Assembly (NCBI GenBank): GCA_036985755.1
Contig: BTQG01000004.1
Coordinates: 1 to 50,233, forward strand
Source of the DNA: Acidimicrobiia bacterium
GTDB lineage: Bacteria; Actinomycetota; Acidimicrobiia; Spongiisociales; UBA5794
Length of the DNA: 50,233 nucleotides
Direction of reading: 5' to 3'
Positions 26,305-35,055 of the stretch are shown here, in pieces. Under the pieces are notes generated by a model. That model worked only from the letters and a program-made list of their open reading frames with translations, was not told where the DNA came from and did not search any database. A program made the position numbers and the translations under genes. Each line of letters opens with the position of its first letter. The stretch's first letter is position 1.

Positions 26305-28137
26305 ATGATGCGACGAATTTTGATCGGGATCGCCATCGGCATCCCTGTGCTCGCCCTGGTCGCGGTGGCGGCCGGCTTCGTCTACGACGAGCGGATCAAC
26401 GAGGACCAGGTTGGACGCTCCGTATCGGCCGCCGGTGTAGACCTGTCCGGCCTTTCGGTTGAAGAAGCCGCCGCGGCCATCGCAGGGTACGAGCAGCGAC
26501 TCGCAGCCGAGCCGGCAACCTTCTCCGTGGATGGCGAGCAGGTGACCCTGGTTGGCTCGGCGGTTGGCATGGAGGTCGATGAGGATCAGATTGCCGCCGC
26601 TGCGCTCGAATCACGGCGCGGTGGCGGCTTGTTCGCCGACTTCACCGGCTGGGTGAGTTCGTGGTGGTCACCGGTCGAGATGGCGGTTCCCATCACCATC
26701 GATGAAGTACTGCTGGGCGGTGTGCTCGACGAGTGGGACCGCAACGTCATCGATGACCCGGCATACGAGGGTGCAGTGCTCGTCGACAATGGTGTCCCCG
26801 CACCGGAATATCCACAGTCGGGGCAGATGATCGACCGAACGCTTGCCATCGTGTTGATCGCCGGATCGATGGAGTCTGCAGAGCGCAAGACGGTCGAGTT
26901 ACCGCTGACCGACTTGAGCCCGGTGATCAGCGCCGCCGATGTCGATGCGGCCGTCGACCGGGCCAGGGCCATCGTCGCCCGTCCGGTCTTGTTGTCGTTG
27001 GACGGTTTTGCCGGGGTGATTGTGTTTCCTTCCGACAGGCTGGCATCGGCGTTGACCAGCCAACCCGCGGTGAACTCTTTGCCGGTGCTGGCCGTCTCGC
27101 TCGATGGCGAGAAGCTCATCGCCGGGCTCGAGGCTCGGTTCGATGCGTTCGCATCGCCGGCCGTCGACGCCACCTTCACCTTCGACGAGGACACAGCAAG
27201 CTTGGCCGTCGTACCGTCCCGAGCGGCGATCGTTGTCGACGCCGCAGCCCTGGCAGGCGCAGTGGAAGCGGCCGCCCTCGGTTCCGGACGGGGTGAGATA
27301 CCGACCACGGCCGGCGACGACGCAGCCTTCACTACCGAGATGGCAGAAGCGATGGGCCCGATCACTCAGGTTTCGACGTTCACCACCTTTCACCCATGTT
27401 GTGCGAACCGGGTAACCAACATCCAGTTGCTCGCCGACAAGGTCGATGGTGCGATCGTCATGCCAGGGGACACCTTCTCGATCAACGATCGCGTCGGGGT
27501 GCGAACCCTCGAGGATGGGTTCAAACGGGCAGGAGCGATCATCAGCGGTGAGCTGTACTGCTGCGACAGTCCGGTCAACGTGGGCGGCGGTACGAGCCAA
27601 TTCGCCACGACGTTCTACAACGCGGTGTTCTTCTCATGTTATGAAGACGTCGAGCATCAACCGCACAGCCTGTATTTCTCTCGGTATCCGTTCGTGCGTG
27701 AGGCAACCCTCGGATTCCCGAAGCCGGATGTGATCTTCAGGAACGATTCAGAGGCGATCGTGTACGTCGACACCTCCTATACCGCGGGTTCGATCACCGT
27801 GACCTTCTACGGGAACAATGGGGGCCGAACCTGCACCGCAGAGCGGGCGGGAAACACGGTGACGAGGGTGATGACCCACCCCGACGGCTCGGTGACCAGG
27901 CAGTCCTGGACCTGGTTCTACCGAAGCAAGAAGACAACAACGACGACCACCACGGTGCCGGAGACGACGACGACCGTGCCAGGGACGACAACGACGACGA
28001 CCGTGCCGGGGACGACGACGACGACCGTGCCGGGGACGACGACGACGACCGTGCCGGAGACGACGACGACCGTGCCGGAGACGACGACGACCGTGCCGGA
28101 GACGACGACGACGTCGTCGACCCTGCCGGACACGTAG
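26305..28137 (+). CDS. VanW family protein with N-terminal TM, putative peptidoglycan-binding (YoaR-like) region and Thr-rich tail
   Basis: RVTNIQL..PGDTFSIN..VG.R, GGGTSQFATTFYNA, HQPHS.Y.SRYP..EAT, FRND. Confidence 0.88.
   Translation: MMRRILIGIAIGIPVLALVAVAAGFVYDERINEDQVGRSVSAAGVDLSGLSVEEAAAAIAGYEQRLAAEPATFSVDGEQVTLVGSAVGMEVDEDQIAAAALESRRGGGLFADFTGWVSSWWSPVEMAVPITIDEVLLGGVLDEWDRNVIDDPAYEGAVLVDNGVPAPEYPQSGQMIDRTLAIVLIAGSMESAERKTVELPLTDLSPVISAADVDAAVDRARAIVARPVLLSLDGFAGVIVFPSDRLASALTSQPAVNSLPVLAVSLDGEKLIAGLEARFDAFASPAVDATFTFDEDTASLAVVPSRAAIVVDAAALAGAVEAAALGSGRGEIPTTAGDDAAFTTEMAEAMGPITQVSTFTTFHPCCANRVTNIQLLADKVDGAIVMPGDTFSINDRVGVRTLEDGFKRAGAIISGELYCCDSPVNVGGGTSQFATTFYNAVFFSCYEDVEHQPHSLYFSRYPFVREATLGFPKPDVIFRNDSEAIVYVDTSYTAGSITVTFYGNNGGRTCTAERAGNTVTRVMTHPDGSVTRQSWTWFYRSKKTTTTTTTVPETTTTVPGTTTTTTVPGTTTTTVPGTTTTTVPETTTTVPETTTTVPETTTTSSTLPDT
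27934..28113 (+). repeat. Coding tandem repeat, (ACG)n-ACCGTGCCGG[AG]G units encoding TTTTVP[EG]
   Basis: About 7 units of 21-27 bp at the 3' end of the VanW-like gene. Confidence 0.9.
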
Positions 28138-28260
28138 GCCACCCGTCACGTCCCGGACGAGTCCTCAGCCGACATGGGTCTCGCTCGCGGTCGACTCAGC
28201 CCACGTCGCGGAGCGGTCGAGTAGGGTCCCGGCCACGACGCGAACATGGGAAGGCAAGGT

Positions 28261-28545
28261 ATGTGTTGTTTCTTCGCCGCATTGACGATCATCGGGCCCC
28301 GCGCCGCGATTCTGGTTTGGTGGTTGATCAACATCGATCGGTGGAACGCGGCGTTCAGTAACCTCATCTGGCCCGTGGTCGGCTTCTTCCTTGCTCCGTG
28401 GACCACCTTGACCTGGGTCGCCGTCGCTTCCGGGGGAGTCGGCGGACTCGATTGGGTCATCCTGGGTCTCGGCATCCTCGGCGACATCGCGTCCTACAGC
28501 GGAAGCGCCTACGGCAACCGCGGCTACGCAGGCGCAACGGCTTAG
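28261..28545 (+). CDS. Small hypothetical membrane protein (CC...PR...PWTTL type), paralog of 31702-32007
   Basis: Three hydrophobic segments; motif-level similarity to the second copy. Confidence 0.8.
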   Translation: MCCFFAALTIIGPRAAILVWWLINIDRWNAAFSNLIWPVVGFFLAPWTTLTWVAVASGGVGGLDWVILGLGILGDIASYSGSAYGNRGYAGATA

Positions 28546-28631
28546 GAGGGCAAGCCGACGAGTCACCGCGTGATTCCGTCGCCCCGCCGCAGGGCTACGG
28601 TTGGCCGACATCTTGGACGCGAGGAGGCACC

Positions 28632-29444
28632 ATGTCGGTGATTGAGCTGTATCCAGAGTCGGGGGTCGAGCGGGAGTTGCAGGGACTCCATCTCGCCGAC
28701 GGCGTCCGGGCGCGACCGCGTCCCACCGGCTCCTACGTCTACACCGGGTACATCGCCAGCATCGATGGGCGCATCGCTCTCGAGGGAGCGTCTGGAGCGC
28801 CGATGGCGACCCGCAACGACCGGGACTGGCGGTTGTTCCAGGAGCTGATGATGCAGGCGGATGTCGTGCTGGCGAGCGGTCGCTACGTGAGGGACAAGAC
28901 GGCGGGTGGTAGCGCCCAAAGCATCGTGCCCTCGGCGGACGACCCGACGGTTGCGCACCTCATCGACTTTCGCCGTGAACTGGGGCTTCCGCTGCGGCCG
29001 GCGCTGGCAATCGTGACCAGCAAGGCGAACTTCGACCCCAGTGTTGCTGCGGGTCTCGCCGATGACGTGATCGCCGTGCTCGGCGAAGAGCCTGACGCCG
29101 AGACCAAGGCCAGCCTCACCGACGTCGGGCTCACCGTGGTGAGCGCCGGTCGCAACGGTCGGGTTGCCGGGGATTTGCTGCTCGCCGGCCTGGCCGACGC
29201 AGGGCACAACGTCGTGTTCTCCGCGGCGGGGCCACAGGTTTTCCACATGCTCGTTCCCGTGCTCGACGCCCTCTATGTGACCCTGGCAGGGCGTCTGTTG
29301 GGGGGCAGGTCGTATTCGACGTTGCTCGAGGGTGACGAGCTCGAGGTTCCGACGTCCTTCGACCTGGGCTCGGCCTACCTCGATCCCCAAGGTCCGGCCG
29401 GCGCAATGCAACTATTCCTCGAGTTCCGGAATCGCAGGGGATGA
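28632..29444 (+). CDS. RibD C-terminal/dihydrofolate reductase family protein
   Basis: IASIDGRIA, D..LF..L...ADVVL, AIVT, AGPQVF, LYVTLAGRLLGG; GAGGAGG RBS. Confidence 0.85.
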   Translation: MSVIELYPESGVERELQGLHLADGVRARPRPTGSYVYTGYIASIDGRIALEGASGAPMATRNDRDWRLFQELMMQADVVLASGRYVRDKTAGGSAQSIVPSADDPTVAHLIDFRRELGLPLRPALAIVTSKANFDPSVAAGLADDVIAVLGEEPDAETKASLTDVGLTVVSAGRNGRVAGDLLLAGLADAGHNVVFSAAGPQVFHMLVPVLDALYVTLAGRLLGGRSYSTLLEGDELEVPTSFDLGSAYLDPQGPAGAMQLFLEFRNRRG

Positions 29445-29447
29445 CGC

Positions 29448-29709
29448 CTATGCGGTGGCGGCGGCCTCGACCGGGGTCAGCCACCAAGTGTTGAGGGTGC
29501 CCTTGCCTGCCCAGCGCAACCGATGCCCAACCGACCGTCGGTTCGTCGAACCAGAAGAAGGCGACGGCCGTGATGGCGGAACTCACCACCGAAGCCCACA
29601 GCGCTCCGGTGGCGATCCAGACGGTGGTCCTCGGATTCTCGAGCGTGGCGGCTACGCCGACCGGCCTGACCCGCGCCGCGATGGCTTCCCAGAACTCTCC
29701 GGCATGCAC
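29448..29709 (-). pseudogene. Internally deleted membrane adenylate/guanylate cyclase remnant
   Basis: An N-terminal TM fragment (about 66 codons) is joined out of frame near 29508 to GKGTLNTWWLTPVEAAATA-stop, which resembles the class III cyclase C-terminal KGKGxxxTYWL motif. Confidence 0.6.
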
Positions 29710-29749
29710 CCTCTCTGAGGTCCCGCCTCGTGAAGCACAGCGGGGGGTC

Positions 29750-30259
29750 TCAGCCCTCGGTGATCGTCACCGATTTGATCGCGACCGGGTCGTGTGGCCG
29801 GTCCTGTGATCCGCTCGGTGCAGTGGCGATGGCGTCGACCACGTCCATGCCCTCGGTCACATGGCCGAAGATCGTGTACGCATTAGGCAGTCCTGCGTCC
29901 TGGTGGACGATGAAGAACTGGGAGCCGTTGGTGTTGGGACCCGCGTTGGCCATGGCTACGGTGCCGCGGGGGTAACTCGTCTTGGAGTGGAATTCGTCCC
30001 GGAACTTGTAACCAGGACCGCCGGTCCCCGTGCCGGTTGGGTCGCCACCCTGCACCATGAACCCACTGATCGTTCGATGAAAGATCACATCGTCGTAGAA
30101 ACCCTCCCGCGCCAGGAAGACGTAGTTGTTGACGGTCTGGGGAGCATCGGCGGCATACAGCTCGATCGACACATCACCCTCCGTGGTGTGCAGCGTTGCA
30201 CGGTACGTGGTGGCGAGATCGATCATTATCTCGGGCTGACTGTCGTACTGGGTTGCCAT
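29750..30259 (-). CDS. Cyclophilin-type peptidyl-prolyl isomerase
   Basis: APQTVNN, FHRTISGFMVQGGDPTGTGTGGPGY, AMANAGPNTNGSQFFI. Confidence 0.95.
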   Translation of the reverse strand: MATQYDSQPEIMIDLATTYRATLHTTEGDVSIELYAADAPQTVNNYVFLAREGFYDDVIFHRTISGFMVQGGDPTGTGTGGPGYKFRDEFHSKTSYPRGTVAMANAGPNTNGSQFFIVHQDAGLPNAYTIFGHVTEGMDVVDAIATAPSGSQDRPHDPVAIKSVTITEG

Positions 30260-30342
30260 CTCTGTTCCTCTCTTGGTTGACGCAGCATTTTCATCGGGCA
30301 TGGCTTCGTTCCGTCTCGGGTGTCGGCGGGGACGAATCGGGC

Positions 30343-31572
30343 TCAGAATCGGCGGCGGCGGCGCTTCTTGGATGACCCCGGTTTGAACGGGGCAAGCTCC
30401 GGCGGCGGCTGCCACGACGCCAGATCGGCGACCCGCTCGTCGTTGGAGAACATTTTGATGATGGGCACGTTGAGCCCGGCCCTGCGCTGGATGCCGAGCA
30501 CCTCGTTGACCTGATCCCACTCGACAAGGGTGACCACCAGCCCATCTTCGCCGGCACGAGCGGTGCGCCCTGACCGATGCAGGTAGGTCTTCGGGTCGTC
30601 CGGTGGGTCGTAGTGGACGACGATGTCGACCCCCTCGATGTGCAATCCCCGAGCGGCGACGTTGGTCGCCACCAGGACCGAGGCCTTGCCTTCCCGGAAA
30701 CGGGCTAGGGATCGTTCCCGATGGCGCTGGGGCAAATCACCGTGGATGGCGGCGGCGTCGACCCCGAGTTGCTTCAGCTTCTTGGTGACGTCGTCCGCCG
30801 CCCATTTGGTCCTGGTGAACACCAGGGTGCGATCTGCCGAGTCGGCCAACGCCGCAGTCATCTTCGCCTTGTCCAGGTGGTGGACCTTCAAGAACCGGTG
30901 CGACAGCGTTTCGACCATCTCGGTATCTGACTCGACCTCATGGCTGATCGGGTTGGTCAGGTAACGATCCACCAGAGTCTGGACCTGCGAGTCGAGCGTC
31001 GCCGAGAACATGTAGGTCTGATGGTCCTCGGGGACCGTGTCCATGATCCTTCGCACCTGGGGGAGAAAGCCCATGTCGGCCATCTGGTCGGCCTCGTCGA
31101 TGCACACCACGGTCACCTCGGACAGGCGGGCCTTGCCTCGCTCCATGAGATCGATCAACCGGCCCGGCGTGGCGACGAGCAATTCAACCCCCGCCTCCAA
31201 AGCATCCATCTGGTCCGACATCGAAGCTCCGCCGTAGACGGTGACCAGATCGAAGCCGCGCTCGGCGACGAGCGGTCGCAGATCCTTTGTCACCTGTCTG
31301 GCCAATTCCCTCGTGGGGACGAGCACGATTGCCTTGGGGTGGAGCGGCTTGGCTTTGCTCAGGTCCTCGACGATGGGCAAGCCGAAGGCAAGCGTCTTGC
31401 CCGATCCCGTCTGTGCCTTTCCCAGAACGTCTGCCCCGGCGAGCCCGTCGGGGATCGTCATCGCCTGGATCGGGAACGGTGCTTCGACGCCATTGGTAGC
31501 GAGCACGGCAATGAGGTCGTCTGCGATGCCGAGTTCGGCGAAGGTTGTGTCGGTGGTGAGGTCGTGCGTCAT
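30343..31572 (-). CDS. DEAD-box RNA helicase
   Basis: Q motif, AQTGSGKT, PTRELA, TPGR, DEAD, SAT, ARGL, HRSGRTARAG. Confidence 0.96.
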   Translation of the reverse strand: MTHDLTTDTTFAELGIADDLIAVLATNGVEAPFPIQAMTIPDGLAGADVLGKAQTGSGKTLAFGLPIVEDLSKAKPLHPKAIVLVPTRELARQVTKDLRPLVAERGFDLVTVYGGASMSDQMDALEAGVELLVATPGRLIDLMERGKARLSEVTVVCIDEADQMADMGFLPQVRRIMDTVPEDHQTYMFSATLDSQVQTLVDRYLTNPISHEVESDTEMVETLSHRFLKVHHLDKAKMTAALADSADRTLVFTRTKWAADDVTKKLKQLGVDAAAIHGDLPQRHRERSLARFREGKASVLVATNVAARGLHIEGVDIVVHYDPPDDPKTYLHRSGRTARAGEDGLVVTLVEWDQVNEVLGIQRRAGLNVPIIKMFSNDERVADLASWQPPPELAPFKPGSSKKRRRRRF

Positions 31573-31701
31573 GTGTGAGGTAATGGAAGTCTTTGGCCCT
31601 TTGGGAAAGCTACCGGTCTGTGGCGCTTAAGCCATGATCCGGCAGCCTGCGCGGTGACGAATCCGTTAGGGTAGCCGTCGCAGCGGAGGGGAGACCGTTA
31701 C

Positions 31702-32007
31702 ATGCCGTGTGGCTGTTGTCTGCTTGCCGTCGCCGGATCACTGATCCCACGGTTGACGATCGGGTTCCTGTGGATCTTCACCAGTACGGTGGACAACGCC
31801 TTCAACGGCTTCATCCTCCCGTTGCTCGGCTTGCTCTTTCTTCCCTTTACGACGCTCGTGTATGTCGTCTCCTACTGGGCGGCCGACGGCTCGATCACGT
31901 GGGGCTGGGTCTTCGTGCTCATCGCCGTCTTTGTCGATATCGGCAACTACGCGGCAGGAGGATTCGGCAAAGGCCGTCAGGTCACGATCCCCGTTGGATC
32001 GCCGTGA
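31702..32007 (+). CDS. Small hypothetical membrane protein, paralog of 28261-28545
   Basis: CGCC..PR..W..AF..P..G..PFTTL..W..DI..Y; GGAGGGGAG RBS. Confidence 0.8.
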   Translation: MPCGCCLLAVAGSLIPRLTIGFLWIFTSTVDNAFNGFILPLLGLLFLPFTTLVYVVSYWAADGSITWGWVFVLIAVFVDIGNYAAGGFGKGRQVTIPVGSP

Positions 32008-32058
32008 CCCTGGCACGGTGACTCCACTGCTCGTCGAGACGATCGGTCACTCATGCGC

Positions 32059-32871
32059 TCAACGAAGGCGTGCGAAGAGACCACGGTTGCGCACGGCGCG
32101 TTTTCCCGCGCTTCTCCCCACCGCGTAGGCAAATCCTGCGATACTCGCTGCCCCCGCCGCCGCGGTGGTGCGCTTGATGACTTTCTTCCTTGTTCTGCTG
32201 AACTCCACGATCGGCCAGCCGCGATTGCCGGCGATCGCCTCCAGGGCACGATCGGGATTGACGGCAACGGGATGGCCGACGACCTCGAGCATGGGCAGGT
32301 CGCCCGCCGAGTCGGTATAGGCATAGGACAACGCCAGGTCGTAGCCCATTTGCTCGGCGAGACGCCGCACCGCGTCGGCCTTTCCTTCGCCGTAACAGAA
32401 CGGCTCGGCGAGCTCACCGGTGTAGATCCCGTCTTCGATCTCGGCCACGGTGCCGATGCCGCCGGTCATCCCTATGGCCTTGGCGAAGGCGTCGACGATC
32501 TCAACCGGCGACGCCGACACGATGTAGGTATCGCGACCGGCCGCATGATGCAGGTCGATCAGGCCCGCGGCCTCGCGCCGCACGTCGTCTTCGAGTGCGG
32601 GAATGATCTGATCGCCGAGCTTCTCCAGTTCGACCACGGCAATGCCGGCGATCGCTCCCAGCACCCTGTTCTTGACCGCTTCGGTCTTCTCGTCGGAAGC
32701 GCCGGCAAAGACGAAAGCCAGCGCGTTCAGTGCATCCTTCGCCAGGTCGCGGTTGGCCAGCATTCCTGCCCGGTAGGCCGCCCACCCGAGGGAGAACACC
32801 GACGAACCACTGATGATCGTGCGGTCGAGGTCAAAGAAAGCAGCGCCGCGCTCATCGTTCATCGAGGTCAC
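32059..32871 (-). CDS. HAD-IB family hydrolase (SerB1-like)
   Basis: AAFFDLDRT, IVSAS, GKA, YTDSAGDLPML..VG.P.AVNPD; GTGA overlap with upstream gene. Confidence 0.92.
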   Translation of the reverse strand: MTSMNDERGAAFFDLDRTIISGSSVFSLGWAAYRAGMLANRDLAKDALNALAFVFAGASDEKTEAVKNRVLGAIAGIAVVELEKLGDQIIPALEDDVRREAAGLIDLHHAAGRDTYIVSASPVEIVDAFAKAIGMTGGIGTVAEIEDGIYTGELAEPFCYGEGKADAVRRLAEQMGYDLALSYAYTDSAGDLPMLEVVGHPVAVNPDRALEAIAGNRGWPIVEFSRTRKKVIKRTTAAAGAASIAGFAYAVGRSAGKRAVRNRGLFARLR

Positions 32872-34643
32872 CCTGCGTCCAGGTCGACCGAGTCGATCGC
32901 AAACAGGGTTGTGGCACCCGATGTGGCCGCAGCAAGCAATCCGGCGGAGCGGGGGAGGATGTTGGCGGCGTAGAAAGCAGCGGTACTGACCTTGGCGTCG
33001 AGCCACGAGTCGGCTGTGTTGGCCGCCGCGGCAAGGCCGAGGCGCGCCAGGTAATAACCACCAGCGACGGTGCCCAGCAGATCGAGGTAGGGGGTGGCAC
33101 CGCCGAGCACGTCGTTCGCATCGTCTCGATCGAGCAGCCACGACGTCGCCTGTCGCAGGTGGCCGAGAGATTCGGAGAGCCGATCTCTGACCGCGTGCAG
33201 CCGCTCGTCGGTGGCGCCGGCCAACTCGGAGTCCAATGCCGCGATCTCATCGAGATAGGAGCCGATCACGGTGCCGCCACCCATGGGGAGCTTGCGCAGG
33301 ACCAGGTCGATTGCCTGGATCCCGTTCGTGCCTTCGTAGATCGGTGTGATCCTGGAGTCCCGGTAGTGCTGTGCCGCTCCCGTCTCCTCGACGAAACCCA
33401 TGCCCCCATGGACCTGGAGCCCGACCGAGGTCATGGCAACCCCGACGTCGGTGCACCACGCTTTGGCAACGGGGGTCAGCAGCGCAACCCGGCCTTCGGC
33501 GTCTCCTCTTGCCGCCTCGTCCGGGTGGCGGCTGGAGCGCTCGGCGGCGGCGGCCGTGTCGTACAACAGGGCTCGGCCCGCCTCGATGTAGGCCTTCATC
33601 GTCATCAGCATCCTGCGAACGTCCGGATGCTCGATGATGGGAGACGTCTCGGTCTTCGCCGTGCCCACCGCCCTGCCCTGGTGTCGCTCCTTGGCATACG
33701 ACAGCGCCAGTTGATACGAGCGCTCGGCGATCCCGAGCCCCTCCAGCCCGACCTCGCGACGAGCCTGGTTCATCATGGAGAACATGTACCGCATGCCCCG
33801 ATGCGGCTCGCCAACCAGGTAGCCGGTTGCGTCCTCGAAGGACAGGACACAGGTCGGGCTCCCATGGATCCCGAGCTTGTGCTCGATCGAAACCGTCTCG
33901 ATCGAGTTCCGCTCGCCGACCCGGCCGTCGTCATCGAGCAGGAACTTCGGCACCACGAAGAGCGATACGCCCTTGGTTCCCGGTGGGGCGTCGGGGAGGC
34001 GAGCGAGCACCAGATGGATGATGTTGTCGGCGAGATCGTGGTCGCCCCAGGTGATGAAGATCTTTGACCCGTTGAGACGGTACGAGCCGTCGTCGTTCGG
34101 CGCCGCGCTGGTGCGTACCGCACCGAGGTCGGAGCCCGCCTGGGGCTCGGTGAGGACCATCGTCCCCGTCCACTCGGCCGTGACGAGTTTCTCCAGAAAG
34201 AGGTCGCGTAGCTCGTCGGATGCGTGGTCGCGCAGCAGGGTGATGGCCGAGCCGGTCAGCATCGGGTTCAGGGAGAATGCCAGGTTGGCGGTGACGAACA
34301 TCTCCGATACGGCGAATCCGACGGTTTCGGGGAACCCGTGCCCGCCATAGTCGAGCGGGCCGGTGACGGCGCTCCATCCGGCATCGACGTACTGGCTCCA
34401 CGCCTTCTTGTACTCATCGGGGGTGGTGACCGATCCGGCGGCGAATCGGGATCCGGTCGTATCACCCGGGCGGTTGGTAGGGGCCACCACTTCTGCCATG
34501 AATCGGCCGGCTTCGTCCAGCGCGCCGGAGATCGTCTCCTCGTCAACGTGCTCGTAGCCGGGGTAGGTGATGACCTCGTCGATCCCCACAATGTGCTCGA
34601 GCACGAACTTGATGTCGCGCAGCGGAGGGCGGTATACGTCCAT
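32868..34643 (-). CDS. Acyl-CoA dehydrogenase (DmdC/FadE-like)
   Basis: TMVLTEPQAGSDLG, GSKIFITWG, EHKLGIHGSPTC, QVHGGMGF, IYEGTNGIQ. Confidence 0.93.
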   Translation of the reverse strand: MDVYRPPLRDIKFVLEHIVGIDEVITYPGYEHVDEETISGALDEAGRFMAEVVAPTNRPGDTTGSRFAAGSVTTPDEYKKAWSQYVDAGWSAVTGPLDYGGHGFPETVGFAVSEMFVTANLAFSLNPMLTGSAITLLRDHASDELRDLFLEKLVTAEWTGTMVLTEPQAGSDLGAVRTSAAPNDDGSYRLNGSKIFITWGDHDLADNIIHLVLARLPDAPPGTKGVSLFVVPKFLLDDDGRVGERNSIETVSIEHKLGIHGSPTCVLSFEDATGYLVGEPHRGMRYMFSMMNQARREVGLEGLGIAERSYQLALSYAKERHQGRAVGTAKTETSPIIEHPDVRRMLMTMKAYIEAGRALLYDTAAAAERSSRHPDEAARGDAEGRVALLTPVAKAWCTDVGVAMTSVGLQVHGGMGFVEETGAAQHYRDSRITPIYEGTNGIQAIDLVLRKLPMGGGTVIGSYLDEIAALDSELAGATDERLHAVRDRLSESLGHLRQATSWLLDRDDANDVLGGATPYLDLLGTVAGGYYLARLGLAAAANTADSWLDAKVSTAAFYAANILPRSAGLLAAATSGATTLFAIDSVDLDAG

Positions 34644-34660
34644 GGGGCGAGGATAGGCGC

Positions 34661-34780
34661 TGGGGGTCGTGCGAACCCAGGGTTGGGAAGGGGATATATC
34701 CCCCTGGGAACCCTGGGTTGGGGGGGTCGTGCGAACCCTGGGCTGGGAGGGGCATATATCCCCCTGGGAACCCTGGGTTG
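34661..34780. repeat. Two tandem 60-bp imperfect palindromic units
   Basis: 34661-34720 and 34721-34780; each is AACCC[AT]GGG..GGGG[AC]ATATATCCCC..AACCCTGGGTT. Confidence 0.9.
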
Positions 34781-34789
34781 GGAGGTGGA

Positions 34790-35008
34790 CTAGTTACCTG
34801 CGGCGACGGGGGCGAGGCTCTCGTCGGCGTCATCCGCAGCCTCTGCGTCCCTCGCCTGTGGGGAGTCGGATAGAACGGCTCTGACGTCGAGGGCGAAATC
34901 GATGGCCCTGCCGTCGACCCACCAGGCGTGCTCGCTGAGCCAGGCGTCGATGAGCGCCACGGCTTCCGTGCTGCGATCCTGCACATCGGGGTCCATTGTG
35001 GTCTCCAT
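34790..35008 (-). CDS. Small acidic hypothetical protein (start may be 34996)
   Basis: Fills the gap with natural composition (LIDAWL...DFALDVRAVL); GGAG before the second ATG. Confidence 0.6.
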   Translation of the reverse strand: METTMDPDVQDRSTEAVALIDAWLSEHAWWVDGRAIDFALDVRAVLSDSPQARDAEAADDADESLAPVAAGN

Positions 35009-35055
35009 CGCTACCGGAGGCTACGGCGTAGGCTCCGCTATCCGTATTCATCGAC

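Noticed and set aside
26305-28137. Vancomycin resistance locus
   Set aside because: A VanW domain alone is widespread; vanHAX/vanRS are absent.
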